DNA of 64,000 nt from Alphaproteobacteria bacterium (GTDB taxonomy: Bacteria > Pseudomonadota > Alphaproteobacteria > SP197): the NCBI GenBank assembly GCA_965228895.1, contig OZ245842.1, positions 3,616,001 through 3,680,000 on the forward strand, written 5' to 3'. The stretch's first letter is position 1, and each line of letters begins with the position of its first letter. Both the position numbers and the translations under genes were made by a program. The notes beneath the pieces were generated by a model, which had not been told where the DNA came from, made no database searches, and saw only the letters and a list, made by a program, of their open reading frames with translations. This document shows positions 38,056-48,097 of this stretch, in pieces.

Positions 38056-38682
38056 ATGTCGTGGGAATTGTGGATCGCGTTTGTCGTGGCCAGTTCGGCG
38101 CTCTTGGCCATACCCGGCCCGACCGTCCTGATCGTGGTGAGTTACGCGCTGGGCAAGGGGCGGCGAACCGCGTGGGCGACCGTGCCGGGTCTGACACTCG
38201 GCGACTTCACCGCCATGACCATATCGCTGATGGGCGCCGGTGCGATTCTGGCCGCCTCGGCCGAACTCTTCACCGTTCTGAAACTTGCCGGCGCCGGGTA
38301 TCTCATCTGGCTGGGGATCAAGTTGTGGCGCGCCCGGCCCGATCCCGACGCCACGATGGGTGCGGCAATCGGTGCCGAAGACCGGCGGATGTTCTGGAAC
38401 AGTTTCGTCGTGACGGCGCTCAACCCAAAAAGCATCGTCTTCTTTATCGCTTTCGTGCCCCAGTTCATCGACCCCACCGCGCCCGTCTTCTGGCAATTTG
38501 TCATCCTGGAAGCGACGTTCCTGTTCCTGGCCGCGGTCAACGGCGTCATCTGGGCCGTGCTGGCCGGCAACATGCGGGCCCGCTTCCAGCGGCCCGCGGT
38601 ACTGCGCATGGCCAACCGCATCGGCGGCTCTTTCTTGATCGGCGCGGGTCTCTTGACCGCCTTCGCGCGACGCACCGGCTAA
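38056..38682 (+). CDS. LysE/RhtB family translocator
   Basis: IPGPTV, LKLAGAGYLIWLG and LNPKSIVFF.AF.PQF. Confidence 0.92.
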   Translation: MSWELWIAFVVASSALLAIPGPTVLIVVSYALGKGRRTAWATVPGLTLGDFTAMTISLMGAGAILAASAELFTVLKLAGAGYLIWLGIKLWRARPDPDATMGAAIGAEDRRMFWNSFVVTALNPKSIVFFIAFVPQFIDPTAPVFWQFVILEATFLFLAAVNGVIWAVLAGNMRARFQRPAVLRMANRIGGSFLIGAGLLTAFARRTG

Positions 38683-38688
38683 GCCCGC

Positions 38689-39990
38689 GTGGGTGATGAC
38701 CGTCGGCTCAAGGCGGCGCGGCGCGCCATCGCCCTGGTACGCGACCGGGTCGATGCGCACTTCTCGATCCGCCTGTGGGACGGATCGCTGGAACCTTTGG
38801 GAAGCAACGTCGTTCCGGGCCTTGCCATCCAAATCAACACGCCGGGCGTGTTGCCGTCGATCCTGCGCCGCCCCAGTCTCGATCGGCTGATCCGTCACTA
38901 CGCCCACGGCCGCCTGGATATCGAAGGCGGCACGCTGGTCGATATCGCCGGTCCGTTTGCCGTGGACAAGGCCGCGCGGCGTCGGTTCAAGACGGTCAAC
39001 AAACGCGCCCTCCTCACCGCTCTGTGGCCACTCCTGATCGCCAAGGCCGATCATCCCGACGCCAGCCGTCAGTTCGATGATGACTCCGAAGGCGCCGACC
39101 GCGGGCAAGACGACAACCGGCGCTTCATTCAGTTCCACTATGACGTCGGCAACGACTTCTATCGGCTCTTCCTGGACCCGCGGATGCAATACTCCTGCGC
39201 CTGGTATCCGACCTGGGACACCAGCCTGGAAGATGCCCAGGAAGCCAAGCTCGACATGACCTGCCGCAAGCTTCGCCTGAAACCGGGCGAACGCCTGCTC
39301 GACATCGGCTGCGGCTGGGGCGGTCTTTTGATCCACGCAGCCCAGAACTATGGCATCACCGGTCACGGCGTCACCTTGTCGGAAGAGCAACTGGCCTTGG
39401 CGCGGGCGCGAATCGATGAACTTGGACTTGGCGATCGCATCACGCTGGAGCTCAAGGACTATCAAAACCTTGACGGCCAATTCGACAAGATTGCGTCAAT
39501 CGGCATGTACGAGCACATCGGCCTGGACAATATCCCAGCCTACTTCGCCAAAGTTCAGACGTTGCTCGCCGAAAGCGGCCTGTTCCTCAACCACGCCATT
39601 TCGCGCGGTGCGAAAAAACGCAAGAAACGCTTTTCCAAACGCCCGGAACAAAAAGCGCTGCAGAAGTACATATTCCCAGGCGGCGAGCTCGACGATATCG
39701 GTCACACAATCGCGGCGATGGAGCAGCACGGTTTCGAGGTGCACGATGTCGAGGGCTGGCGGGAGCACTATCAAAAGACGACGCGGATCTGGTGCGAACG
39801 GTTGACCGCGCGCCGTGACGAGGCGGTGGCTTTGGTCGGACCGGAAACCTATCGTATATGGGTTGCCTATCTGGGTGGCTGTTCGCTGGCGTTCCAGCGC
39901 GGGTCGGCACGTATCTATCAGACGCTTGCCGGCAAGTCGGCGAAGGGTTCGGCCGCCGTACCGCCGAGCCGCGCCGACCTCTATCGCTGA
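38689..39990 (+). CDS. cfa: Cyclopropane-fatty-acyl-phospholipid synthase family
   Basis: FHYDVGNDFY.LFLD..MQYSCA, LDIGCGWG and KYIFPGG. Confidence 0.88.
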   Translation: MGDDRRLKAARRAIALVRDRVDAHFSIRLWDGSLEPLGSNVVPGLAIQINTPGVLPSILRRPSLDRLIRHYAHGRLDIEGGTLVDIAGPFAVDKAARRRFKTVNKRALLTALWPLLIAKADHPDASRQFDDDSEGADRGQDDNRRFIQFHYDVGNDFYRLFLDPRMQYSCAWYPTWDTSLEDAQEAKLDMTCRKLRLKPGERLLDIGCGWGGLLIHAAQNYGITGHGVTLSEEQLALARARIDELGLGDRITLELKDYQNLDGQFDKIASIGMYEHIGLDNIPAYFAKVQTLLAESGLFLNHAISRGAKKRKKRFSKRPEQKALQKYIFPGGELDDIGHTIAAMEQHGFEVHDVEGWREHYQKTTRIWCERLTARRDEAVALVGPETYRIWVAYLGGCSLAFQRGSARIYQTLAGKSAKGSAAVPPSRADLYR

Positions 39991-40013
39991 AACGAGGTGG
40001 GGATGCCGGCGTG

Positions 40014-41552
40014 ATGACGATCATTACGGACGACAACCGCCGCTGGTGGATTGCCGGTTCCATGGCACTGCCGGTCATCGTTCTGACCATCGACTTCTTC
40101 GGTGTCTCTGTCGCCCTACCCACCATCGGCCGCGATCTCAACACCGGTACGGTCACCCTGGCCTGGGTGATCAACGCGTTCATGCTGGGTCTAGCCAGCA
40201 TGCTGATTGTCGGCGGCCGACTGGGCGATTTGATTGGCCGACGCAAAATGCTGATTTTTGGCGTCACGATCTTTGTCGCGTCGTCGATACTGTGTGGCTT
40301 CGCCCCGTCCGGACCCTGGCTGATCGCGGCACGCGCCATTCAAGGCGCCGCGGCCGGTTTCACCTACACCAACTCGCTCTCTATCGTTTCGAACGCGTTC
40401 CCCAGCGAACAGCGCCATGTCGGCATCAGTTTGTGGATCGGAATTGGGGCGGCTGGTTCGGCAATCGGGCCGTTCGTCGGTGGCCTGTTGACCTATGAGT
40501 TGTCATGGCGCTGGTTCTTCTTCTTGAACGTCCCGTTCGGAATCGCCGCGGTCATCATGACATTCCTGCTTGTAAAGGAATCACGCGACGAGGAGGCGCC
40601 GCCCAAGATCGATTGGCTTGGTTGCCTGTTGGCGGTCGCCGGTCTGGTTTTCCTGGTCATGGGCCTACAGCTCGCCGGCAATCTCGGCTGGTCGTCGTTG
40701 ACTGTTTGGGCGTCCCTTGTTTTCGGCCTGGCCGTCTCGGCCGTCTTCATCGTGTTCGAGACGAAGGTCAAATTTCCGCTGATCGACTTCCAACTCTTCC
40801 GGAACCGTGAGTTCGGCAGCAGCGCGTGTATCGGGTTCACGATCAATTTTACGCTCGGCACGCTCATGCTGTTCCTGACGCTTTACCTGCAGCATGTTCT
40901 GAACCTCACACCGCTTTCCGCCGGCTTTGTGTTCCTCGGCTACTCCGTTCTGTTGGCCGCGACATCGTCGTCCAACGCCTTCTTTCTGAACAGGTGGGGT
41001 GCGCGCCGGACCATGGCCACCGGCATGCTGTTGAACAGCGTCAGCTTCCTGGTCCTTGCGTTCGCCGAACCCACAACCGGCCTTGCCATCATCGCTGGCG
41101 CCCTCATCGTGGGCGGTGCCGGCCAAGCGTTTGCCTATACGACCTCAACGTCGTTGGCCATGGCGTCGGTTTCCGAACAGAAATCCGGTGCGGCATCCGG
41201 CGCCATAGGAACGATTAGGATATCCGCAACGGCGATGGGCGTTGCTGTTTCAACCGCGATTTTCAAGATGATTGAGACCAGCGAACTGGTGTCGTTGATC
41301 GGCAAGGCCGGCGGTCACCTGACGCGCGCGGAGGTTCGCGACATCCACGTGCTGGTGGCCGGTTCCGACAAGGCCGCCGACAGGCTAGCCCAAGAAGTAC
41401 CAGCAGCAGCCGGCAAGATGCCCATGATTGTTGATCAGGCGATGGTTGCCGGATTCAGCGGCGTCATGCTGGTTTGCGTTGCCGTCTCGGTCATCGGCTT
41501 GGCCGCTGCCTTTCTGGCGCGCCAGATTCAAACCGATAGCGACGACGGTTAG
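40014..41552 (+). CDS. MFS drug:H+ antiporter (DHA2, 14 TM)
   Basis: GGRLGDLIGRRK motif A, ARAIQG, GP.VGG.L and WRWFFFLNVP. Confidence 0.92.
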   Translation: MTIITDDNRRWWIAGSMALPVIVLTIDFFGVSVALPTIGRDLNTGTVTLAWVINAFMLGLASMLIVGGRLGDLIGRRKMLIFGVTIFVASSILCGFAPSGPWLIAARAIQGAAAGFTYTNSLSIVSNAFPSEQRHVGISLWIGIGAAGSAIGPFVGGLLTYELSWRWFFFLNVPFGIAAVIMTFLLVKESRDEEAPPKIDWLGCLLAVAGLVFLVMGLQLAGNLGWSSLTVWASLVFGLAVSAVFIVFETKVKFPLIDFQLFRNREFGSSACIGFTINFTLGTLMLFLTLYLQHVLNLTPLSAGFVFLGYSVLLAATSSSNAFFLNRWGARRTMATGMLLNSVSFLVLAFAEPTTGLAIIAGALIVGGAGQAFAYTTSTSLAMASVSEQKSGAASGAIGTIRISATAMGVAVSTAIFKMIETSELVSLIGKAGGHLTRAEVRDIHVLVAGSDKAADRLAQEVPAAAGKMPMIVDQAMVAGFSGVMLVCVAVSVIGLAAAFLARQIQTDSDDG

Positions 41553-41564
41553 CCCGGCGCTAGC

Positions 41565-41792
41565 TCAAGGCGGGTCAACGGGAAAATTTCGATTGAGACG
41601 TTCGACACGGAACGGATTGAATTGGTAGCAGTCGTCCGGCGAACGGCCGCGCCCGCATGTTGGTTTGGCCGGCTGGCGCTTGATACCGACGCAGGTCGCC
41701 AGCGGCGCGCTCATCAGGAACACCAGAAAACCACGCCGGCCAAAACTGTTGCCCGTGCGGTTTGCCGATGTCTTGGCGACCTTGTTCTGCAT
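41565..41792 (-). CDS. Possible small Tat-signal protein
   Basis: GRRGFL motif followed by a hydrophobic stretch and Cys. AAGG upstream. Confidence 0.4.
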   Translation of the reverse strand: MQNKVAKTSANRTGNSFGRRGFLVFLMSAPLATCVGIKRQPAKPTCGRGRSPDDCYQFNPFRVERLNRNFPVDPP

Positions 41793-41819
41793 GGTGCGGA
41801 CCTTATCAAGGCGCCCCGG

Positions 41820-41856
41820 AAAACAAAAGAGCGCCGGGCCAAAAGCCCGACGCTCT
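41820..41856 (-). terminator. Intrinsic terminator after ibpA
   Basis: GAGCGTCGGGC-TTTTG-GCCCGGCGCTC-TTTTGTTTT on the minus strand. Confidence 0.75.
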
Positions 41857-41878
41857 CCTTAAGACCATTCAACGGGTG

Positions 41879-42355
41879 TTAAGCGGCCTTTTGGTCGCTC
41901 TCGTCGATCAGCTTGCCGGCGACATTCTCACCGGACTGGATCGCGATCTTGCGCGGCTTTTTCTCTTCAGGAATTTCGCGCTTCAGATCGATGTGGAGCA
42001 GGCCGTTGACCAACCGCGCACCGACGACCTTGACGTGGTCGGCGAGCTGGAAGGTGCGCTTGAAGCTGCGCCCGGCAATACCGCGATAGAGGAAGTTACG
42101 GTCGTCTCCGGTCTTGTCTTCGGAGATGCGGCCGCTGACGTGAAGGGTGTCCTCACGCGCCTCGATCTCGACATCGTCTTCGCTGAATCCGGCGACAGCC
42201 ATCGTGATCTGATAGGTGTCGGCGTCCAGCTTCTCGATGTTGTAGGGCGGATAACCGGTCTGATCGGCGACACCGGTCGTCGAGTCAAGCAGGTTCATCA
42301 TGCGGTCGAAGCCGACGGTCGAACGGAAAAGGGGAGAGAAATCATAACGGTTCAT
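41879..42355 (-). CDS. ibpA: Small heat-shock protein (Hsp20)
   Basis: DFSPLFRSTVGFDR, YPPYNIE, LYRGIA.R.F.R.F.LA and NGLLHIDL.REIPE. Confidence 0.94.
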   Translation of the reverse strand: MNRYDFSPLFRSTVGFDRMMNLLDSTTGVADQTGYPPYNIEKLDADTYQITMAVAGFSEDDVEIEAREDTLHVSGRISEDKTGDDRNFLYRGIAGRSFKRTFQLADHVKVVGARLVNGLLHIDLKREIPEEKKPRKIAIQSGENVAGKLIDESDQKAA

Positions 42356-42468
42356 TGCCACATATCCTCCTATGAGCAACATGTAGATCCAAGTGGCCCA
42401 CCCGTCTGGGCTGAGCCGGTGATGTGTCCTCAGATGGCGTTCCCGCGAAGCGGCGAATGCCGGACACG
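42353..42468 (-). ncRNA. ROSE RNA thermometer
   Basis: ACATGTTGCTC-ATA-GGAGGATATGT: the UUGCU motif pairs with the SD in the ibpA 5' UTR, with further hairpins upstream. Confidence 0.75.
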
Positions 42469-42474
42469 ACCTTG

Positions 42475-42502
42475 ATATGGGGCGCTAGCGAGCGGTTTCA
42501 AG
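42475..42502 (-). promoter_or_regulatory. RpoH (sigma-32) promoter
   Basis: CTTGAA-N14-CCCCATAT upstream of ibpA. Confidence 0.8.
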
Positions 42503-42566
42503 ACCCCCTTCCGGAGGCCTAACCCTATGATTAAGAAGGAAAGTCAGGCGGAAATGTGGCGGCTTG

Positions 42567-42992
42567 CTATTCCTGGCGCCAAGGCAGGCCGGCCAGTTTC
42601 CAGCCGCCGACACGGCCGCGATGGCCTTCGGCGTCCTTGTCGCCCTCGAAGCCTTCGGCGACGTTGTAGCAGGGACCGAAACCGGCCGCCGTCATCGCCA
42701 TCGCCGCGTTGCGCGAGCGAGCGCCTGAGCGGCAAATGAACAGCAAGGTTTGGTCGGTCGTCAGACCTTGGGCCTTCAGATCCTCGACAAACGCCGTGTT
42801 CGGCGCGCCGTCCGGGTAACGCTGCAACTCGACCAACAGCACGTGCTTACCGATCGGCGTCAGGTCGGGGATGCCGACAAAACGCCATTCTGCGTCCGTC
42901 CTGACATCGATCAGGACAGCTGAATCGTTTTCTTCCAACATCGTCCAGGCATCAGGCGGCACCAGATCGCCGGCATAAGGTGGCGTGTTCAT
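42567..42992 (-). CDS. Rhodanese-like domain protein
   Basis: LIDVRT.AEW, CRSGARS, GFEGD and GWK..GLPW. Confidence 0.92.
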   Translation of the reverse strand: MNTPPYAGDLVPPDAWTMLEENDSAVLIDVRTDAEWRFVGIPDLTPIGKHVLLVELQRYPDGAPNTAFVEDLKAQGLTTDQTLLFICRSGARSRNAAMAMTAAGFGPCYNVAEGFEGDKDAEGHRGRVGGWKLAGLPWRQE

Positions 42993-43180
42993 GGCTCGTC
43001 CCTTCCTTCCGTTAAAAAGTCCAGGCTCGGCGGCCTCACCGGCATGCCTCAAAAGCAAGACAAACGCAACCATACCCCGCTAGCGCGTCGCCGTGTCGAG
43101 CGCACATTGTTCGGCCTATGCCAAACCATCTTTGGCATCGCGCACGCTAGGATCACGCCTCCGACCACAGGAGAACAACC

Positions 43181-43510
43181 ATGACGCCCGAGTGTTATGC
43201 TGCCCGCGACCTTAATGACGGCTTTGTTGTCGCCATCAATCTCGAAGCGAAGGACGGCGAAGGCGACGCCGTCGCCGCAATTCTGGAAGACCTGGTCGCG
43301 CCGACCATGGCCGAACCGGGCACCAAGCTTTTTCTGCCCTACCGCTCGCCCGATGACTCCGCTCACTTCTTTGTTTTCGAGCTCTACAAGAACGAAGCCG
43401 GCTGGGGTGCCCACCAGAAGACCGAACACTTCAAAGCGGCGATCGAACAACTGCTGCCAAAGCTGTCCAGGCGGGACCGCGTGCCTTACGTGCCCTATGT
43501 GTCGTTCTAA
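43181..43510 (+). CDS. Antibiotic biosynthesis monooxygenase (ABM) / quinol monooxygenase family
   Basis: T.AEPG, F.VFELY and AHQ.T.HF. CAGGAG RBS. Confidence 0.85.
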   Translation: MTPECYAARDLNDGFVVAINLEAKDGEGDAVAAILEDLVAPTMAEPGTKLFLPYRSPDDSAHFFVFELYKNEAGWGAHQKTEHFKAAIEQLLPKLSRRDRVPYVPYVSF

Positions 43511-43524
43511 GGTACGCCGAAGCG

Positions 43525-44205
43525 TTAGGACGTGTACCAGGCGATGAAGCTCTTTTCGCCTCGCGCGGTGAACTTGACCGTGCGCGAGCCTTTTTCGCGC
43601 GTCGCCCAGCCCGTGTTGACGACATCGACCAACACCGCCGCACCCAGACTGCCGCCCAGGTGATTGCGACGCTCGCTCCAGTCCAGGCAGGACCTGCACA
43701 GCGGGCGGCGTTGGTTCTCCAACGGCGCGACGTCAATGCCGCACTCCAGCAGAAACGCCCTGCCCTTGCGCGTGACATCAAGCGCGTCGCCGCGCCAGCG
43801 AAGCACGCGATCGGAGAGCCACCGATCGAACAGACCGACCGCAAGGTGACCGGCAAGATGGTCGTAACACGAGCGCGCATGGCGCATGGCCTCGTCCTTC
43901 GGCCCCGGTCGGGTGCGCAGATGGCCAACCCGCGACGCGACGGTCGACAACGCTTCGACCGCATGGGCAACATCCGGATCAGCAATGCTGTAGTAGCGAT
44001 GGCGGCCCTGCTTGCTGACCGTGATCAATCCCGCCGCCTCCAGTTTCGCCAGATGGCCGCTGCCGGTCGCGGCAGTAATGCCGGCCTCACGCGCCAGCTC
44101 GGTCGCGGTCAACGACAGGCCCGACATCAGCGCCATAATCATGTTGGCGCGCGCGGGATCACCCATCATCGCGGCGGTGATCGAGATATCCGGCCCGTCC
44201 TTCAT
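43525..44205 (-). CDS. ArsR-family winged-helix regulator
   Basis: GDPARA, SGHLAKL, QGRHRYY, ARSCYDHLAG and CLDWSERR.HL.G. Confidence 0.9.
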   Translation of the reverse strand: MKDGPDISITAAMMGDPARANMIMALMSGLSLTATELAREAGITAATGSGHLAKLEAAGLITVSKQGRHRYYSIADPDVAHAVEALSTVASRVGHLRTRPGPKDEAMRHARSCYDHLAGHLAVGLFDRWLSDRVLRWRGDALDVTRKGRAFLLECGIDVAPLENQRRPLCRSCLDWSERRNHLGGSLGAAVLVDVVNTGWATREKGSRTVKFTARGEKSFIAWYTS

Positions 44206-44281
44206 AGTTTGATGCTCGCCGAATCATAATCGTCCGTCAAGGTGCTATGTCCTGGTGTCACGAGAACGACGCGGGAAGACC

Positions 44282-44905
44282 ATGGCTCTTCAAACACTGT
44301 TGGCTTTTGCCATGATCTGGACGGTCGCGATGATTGGTATCGGCGCCAATTCGGTCGTCTGCATGACAGCAGGGGCGGTGAACGGCTTCCAGCGCGGCCT
44401 CTGGTCCGCCCTCGGCGTGACGGCGGCGAGCTTCATTCATTCGATGATCGCCGTGTTTGGCTTCAGCGCCGTTATGCTTGCCAGCGCCGAAGCCTATGCA
44501 GCACTCAAGTGGTGCGCTGTTGCCTATCTCGTCTATCTGGGCATCCGTCAATGGACCAGCGCGCCGGCTGCAGTCGATGACGGCGCGTGGGCCGGCGAGA
44601 ACCGAACCACCCTGTTTCGGCGCGGATTGCTGATCTCGCTCACCAATCCCCAGGCCTTCCTGCACTACCTCCTCTTCTTCGCGCCGTTTATCGCCGTCGA
44701 CCGGCCGTTGATGCCGCAGTTGTTGACGATCGTCCCGACCGCCGTCGGCATCGTGCTTGGCGGTTACAGCCTTTACGTGCTGCTCGGCTCACCGCTGCGC
44801 CGCCTGCTGACATCGCCAAGCCGCCAACGCGCGCTCAACCGTGTCGCCGGAACCTTTTACATCGTCTCGGGCGCCCTGCTGATGGTTGTGGGTTCCAGGC
44901 GATAG
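44282..44905 (+). CDS. LysE family translocator
   Basis: LKW...AYLVYLG and LISLTNP. Confidence 0.85.
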   Translation: MALQTLLAFAMIWTVAMIGIGANSVVCMTAGAVNGFQRGLWSALGVTAASFIHSMIAVFGFSAVMLASAEAYAALKWCAVAYLVYLGIRQWTSAPAAVDDGAWAGENRTTLFRRGLLISLTNPQAFLHYLLFFAPFIAVDRPLMPQLLTIVPTAVGIVLGGYSLYVLLGSPLRRLLTSPSRQRALNRVAGTFYIVSGALLMVVGSRR

Positions 44906-44988
44906 AAACCGCATGTGACGCAAAGGTCAGACCGCCACAATCTCGGCCGGTTTACGGCGTCTGATCGACTGCTTGGCCGCAGGACCGC

Positions 44989-45450
44989 ATGGGCGCATCA
45001 CACTACATACGAGACATCCGCAGCCGGATCGGCAACGATCTCCTGTTGTGCCCGGCGGTTGCGGCGGTCATCCATGGCGCCAAAGGCCGTGTGCTGCTGC
45101 AAGAAAAGCGCGATGGTGGCGAATGGAGCCTTCCCGCCGGCGCCATCGAACCGGGAGAGGATCCACAAACCGCCATGCGGCGTGAGGTCCTTGAAGAAAC
45201 TGGCCTGATCGTCTGGCCAAAAAAGATCCTTGGCGTCATTGGCGGCGAAAAGTTCCGACATGTCTACGGAAACGGCGATCGCGTTGAGTACACCGTTGTT
45301 CTCTTCCAGTGTGATGTAACTGATCGCACCGAAGGACCTTACGACCGGGAGACAAAGTCGCTGCGTTACGTCGCCAGGCAGGACATGCCCCGATTGGCAC
45401 AGCCCTACCCTATGGATGTGCTGTTCCTTCGAAACGACAATACCCGGTGA
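44989..45450 (+). CDS. NUDIX hydrolase
   Basis: Nudix box GAIEPGEDP..A..REVLEETG. Confidence 0.92.
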   Translation: MGASHYIRDIRSRIGNDLLLCPAVAAVIHGAKGRVLLQEKRDGGEWSLPAGAIEPGEDPQTAMRREVLEETGLIVWPKKILGVIGGEKFRHVYGNGDRVEYTVVLFQCDVTDRTEGPYDRETKSLRYVARQDMPRLAQPYPMDVLFLRNDNTR

Positions 45451-45558
45451 CCCTTTGCAACTTCACTGGATTACGCATCACGGCAACACGCAATCGCCTT
45501 CCGATTATCGAACGAGTGGTTTAGGTTCACCGCCGAGTTTGATCGGACGGGGGACAGT

Positions 45559-46308
45559 GTGGAGTTTAACGATAGGGTTGTCGTCGTTACCGGCGCGACA
45601 TCCGGCATCGGCGAGGCCACTGCGCGCGCCTTCGCCAAAGCCGGCGCGCGGTTGATGCTGACCGGTCGCAATGTCGAGCGCGGGTGCGCGCTTGCCAGCG
45701 AAACACGCGGCGCGTTCACCGCCGGTGATGTGACCGATCGCGCATTCGCCGACCGCTTGATCGGTGACACCGTGGCGCGCCACGGCCGGCTAGACGTGCT
45801 CGTCAACAACGCCGGCACGATCTATCGGCGCACCATCGCCGACATGACCGACGACGAGTGGCAGACCACCATGGCGGTCAACGTGCATGCCGTCTTCTAC
45901 CTGTGCCGCGCGGCAATCATCGCCATGCGCGACCAGGGCGGCGGCGCCATCGTCAATGTCTCGTCCGACGCCGCCTTTATCGGCGCCAGTGCCATGCCCG
46001 CCTATTGCGCCAGCAAGGCTGCGGTCATGCAGATGACGCGCGCCATGGCGCTGGATCACGCGCGCGAGGGTCTGCGTATCAACGCGGTCTGCCCGGACAT
46101 GGTGAGGACGCCGATGCTGGCCAGCGAAGCCCAGCAGATGGGCAGCGACCCCGAGACCTACTTCTCCGAAGGTGCTGAGGGCATTCCCATGGGCCGCATC
46201 GGCGAGCCTGAAGAGGTCGCCGATGCGATCCTCTATCTCGCCTCCGAGAAGGCAAGTTTTGTCACCGGCGCCGGCCTTCTGGTCGACGGCGGCGCGACGG
46301 CGACGTAA
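45559..46308 (+). CDS. SDR oxidoreductase (paralog 1)
   Basis: TGATSGIG, NNAG and YCASK. Confidence 0.93.
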   Translation: MEFNDRVVVVTGATSGIGEATARAFAKAGARLMLTGRNVERGCALASETRGAFTAGDVTDRAFADRLIGDTVARHGRLDVLVNNAGTIYRRTIADMTDDEWQTTMAVNVHAVFYLCRAAIIAMRDQGGGAIVNVSSDAAFIGASAMPAYCASKAAVMQMTRAMALDHAREGLRINAVCPDMVRTPMLASEAQQMGSDPETYFSEGAEGIPMGRIGEPEEVADAILYLASEKASFVTGAGLLVDGGATAT

Positions 46309-46320
46309 GGGGCGGCGGAC

Positions 46321-47076
46321 ATGTTCAACGGCAAGACAGCCCTGGTCACCGGGGCGACATCGGGTATTGGACGGGCGACGGCGCTGGCCTTCGCCAAGTC
46401 GGGTGCCCAGGTGATGCTGACCGGACGCAACGAGTCACGCGGGGCGGATGTGTTGTCCGAATGCGGCGACAACGCCGGGTTCCTGGCCGGGGACGTCACG
46501 GACTCCTCCTTTGCCAGCCAGCTCGTCAGCCAGACGGTCGACCGGTTCGGCAGCCTGGATATCCTGGTCAACAATGCCGGCATCGATGTCGGCCTCGACG
46601 CGCCGGAGACGACGGACGAACAATGGCTCGACGTCATGGCGACCAATCTGGACGCGGTCTTCTACTTCTGCCGTGCCGGCGTGCGCCAGATGCGCCGCCA
46701 GGGCACCGGCGGCGCCATCGTCAACATCGGCTCCGATTGGTCGCTCGTCGCCGGCAAACAGGCCGTCGCCTATTGCGCGTCGAAAGGCGGCGTCTTGATG
46801 TTGTCGAAGTCCATGGCGCTGGACCACGCGCGCGAGAACATCCGCGTCAACGTCGTCTGCCCGGCAGAAATCGACACGCCGATGATCGACGAGACCGCGA
46901 GGGCGCATGGCAAGGATGTCGCAGAAGCCCGCGCCGCCTATGCCGAGGCCATACCGCTGGGCCGCATTGGCGCACCGGAAGACGTCGCGGCCTCCGTGTT
47001 GTTTCTGGCGTCCGACGCCGCACGTTTTATCACCGGTACCGCACTCAGCGTTGACGGGGGAACCACCGCACGATGA
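46321..47076 (+). CDS. SDR oxidoreductase (paralog 2)
   Basis: TGATSGIG, NNAG and YCASK. Confidence 0.93.
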   Translation: MFNGKTALVTGATSGIGRATALAFAKSGAQVMLTGRNESRGADVLSECGDNAGFLAGDVTDSSFASQLVSQTVDRFGSLDILVNNAGIDVGLDAPETTDEQWLDVMATNLDAVFYFCRAGVRQMRRQGTGGAIVNIGSDWSLVAGKQAVAYCASKGGVLMLSKSMALDHARENIRVNVVCPAEIDTPMIDETARAHGKDVAEARAAYAEAIPLGRIGAPEDVAASVLFLASDAARFITGTALSVDGGTTAR

Positions 47077-48050
47077 CACAAACACCGCGAATCCTGCTGC
47101 ATTGCAGCGCCGACTCCGCCGAGCGGATCGGCACGCAGATCGAAGCGCATCTGCCGGGGACCGAAACCACCGTCGTCAACGATTATGACGGTCTGGCGGC
47201 CGCCATGGCGTCATTCCACCCGAATGTCGTCTACAGCGAGGTCTTCATGCGCGAGGACTATCCGCGCGACGCCTTGTTCAGCCACGACGCGCTCTCATGG
47301 GTCCATGTCTCCGGCGCCGGCATCAACCATCTGGTGCCGTGGGATGCGGGCGCGGTGACGGTCTCCAATGCCGGCGGCGTGCAGGATGACGGCATGGCGC
47401 AGTTCGCGTTTGCCCGCCTGTTCGCCATCAACAGCAACTTCTTCGCCTATCACGAGCAGCAGCAGCGTCACGAGTGGCAAGAGCTCGACAACCTGAACTC
47501 GGTCGGCGGCACCTTGACCGTGGTCGGCCTGGGACGCATCGGTAGTGCCTGCGCCCGGCTGGGCGCACAGCTCGGCATGACCGTCTATGGCGTGCGCGCC
47601 AGGCCCGAGCCCATGGAGAATGTCGCCGAGGTGGTCGGTCCCGATCGCATGAACGAGGTTCTGGCGAAAAGCGATTACGTGATCGTCGTGACGCCGTTGA
47701 CCGATGCCACCCGCGGCCTGATCGGCGCCGACGCCTTTGCCGCGCTCAAGCCCGGCGCCATCCTGCACAACATGGCGCGCGGCCATGTGGTCGACGAAGC
47801 CGCCATGGTTGACGCACTCAACGCGGGCCGGCTGCGCGCCGCATCCGTCGACGTCTTCTCCGAAGAACCCTTGCCGGCAGAGAGCCCCTTATGGGATCAA
47901 CCCAACCTTTACATGACGCCCCATATCGGCGGTATGCTGACCTACGAGGAATACGACCGCCTCTCGACCCAGGTCTTTCTCGACAATCTCGACCGGTGGC
48001 GCGGCGGTGAGCCCTTAGAGTATGTCTGCAGCCCCGATCGCGGTTACTGA
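47073..48050 (+). CDS. D-2-hydroxyacid dehydrogenase
   Basis: GLGRIG, PLT..T.GLI, N.ARG, DVF..EPLP and TPH. Confidence 0.92.
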   Translation: MTQTPRILLHCSADSAERIGTQIEAHLPGTETTVVNDYDGLAAAMASFHPNVVYSEVFMREDYPRDALFSHDALSWVHVSGAGINHLVPWDAGAVTVSNAGGVQDDGMAQFAFARLFAINSNFFAYHEQQQRHEWQELDNLNSVGGTLTVVGLGRIGSACARLGAQLGMTVYGVRARPEPMENVAEVVGPDRMNEVLAKSDYVIVVTPLTDATRGLIGADAFAALKPGAILHNMARGHVVDEAAMVDALNAGRLRAASVDVFSEEPLPAESPLWDQPNLYMTPHIGGMLTYEEYDRLSTQVFLDNLDRWRGGEPLEYVCSPDRGY

Positions 48051-48097
48051 CGGCGGCCTGAATCGAAAGCGGCGCAAGACTAGAGGGACTCGGGTCC

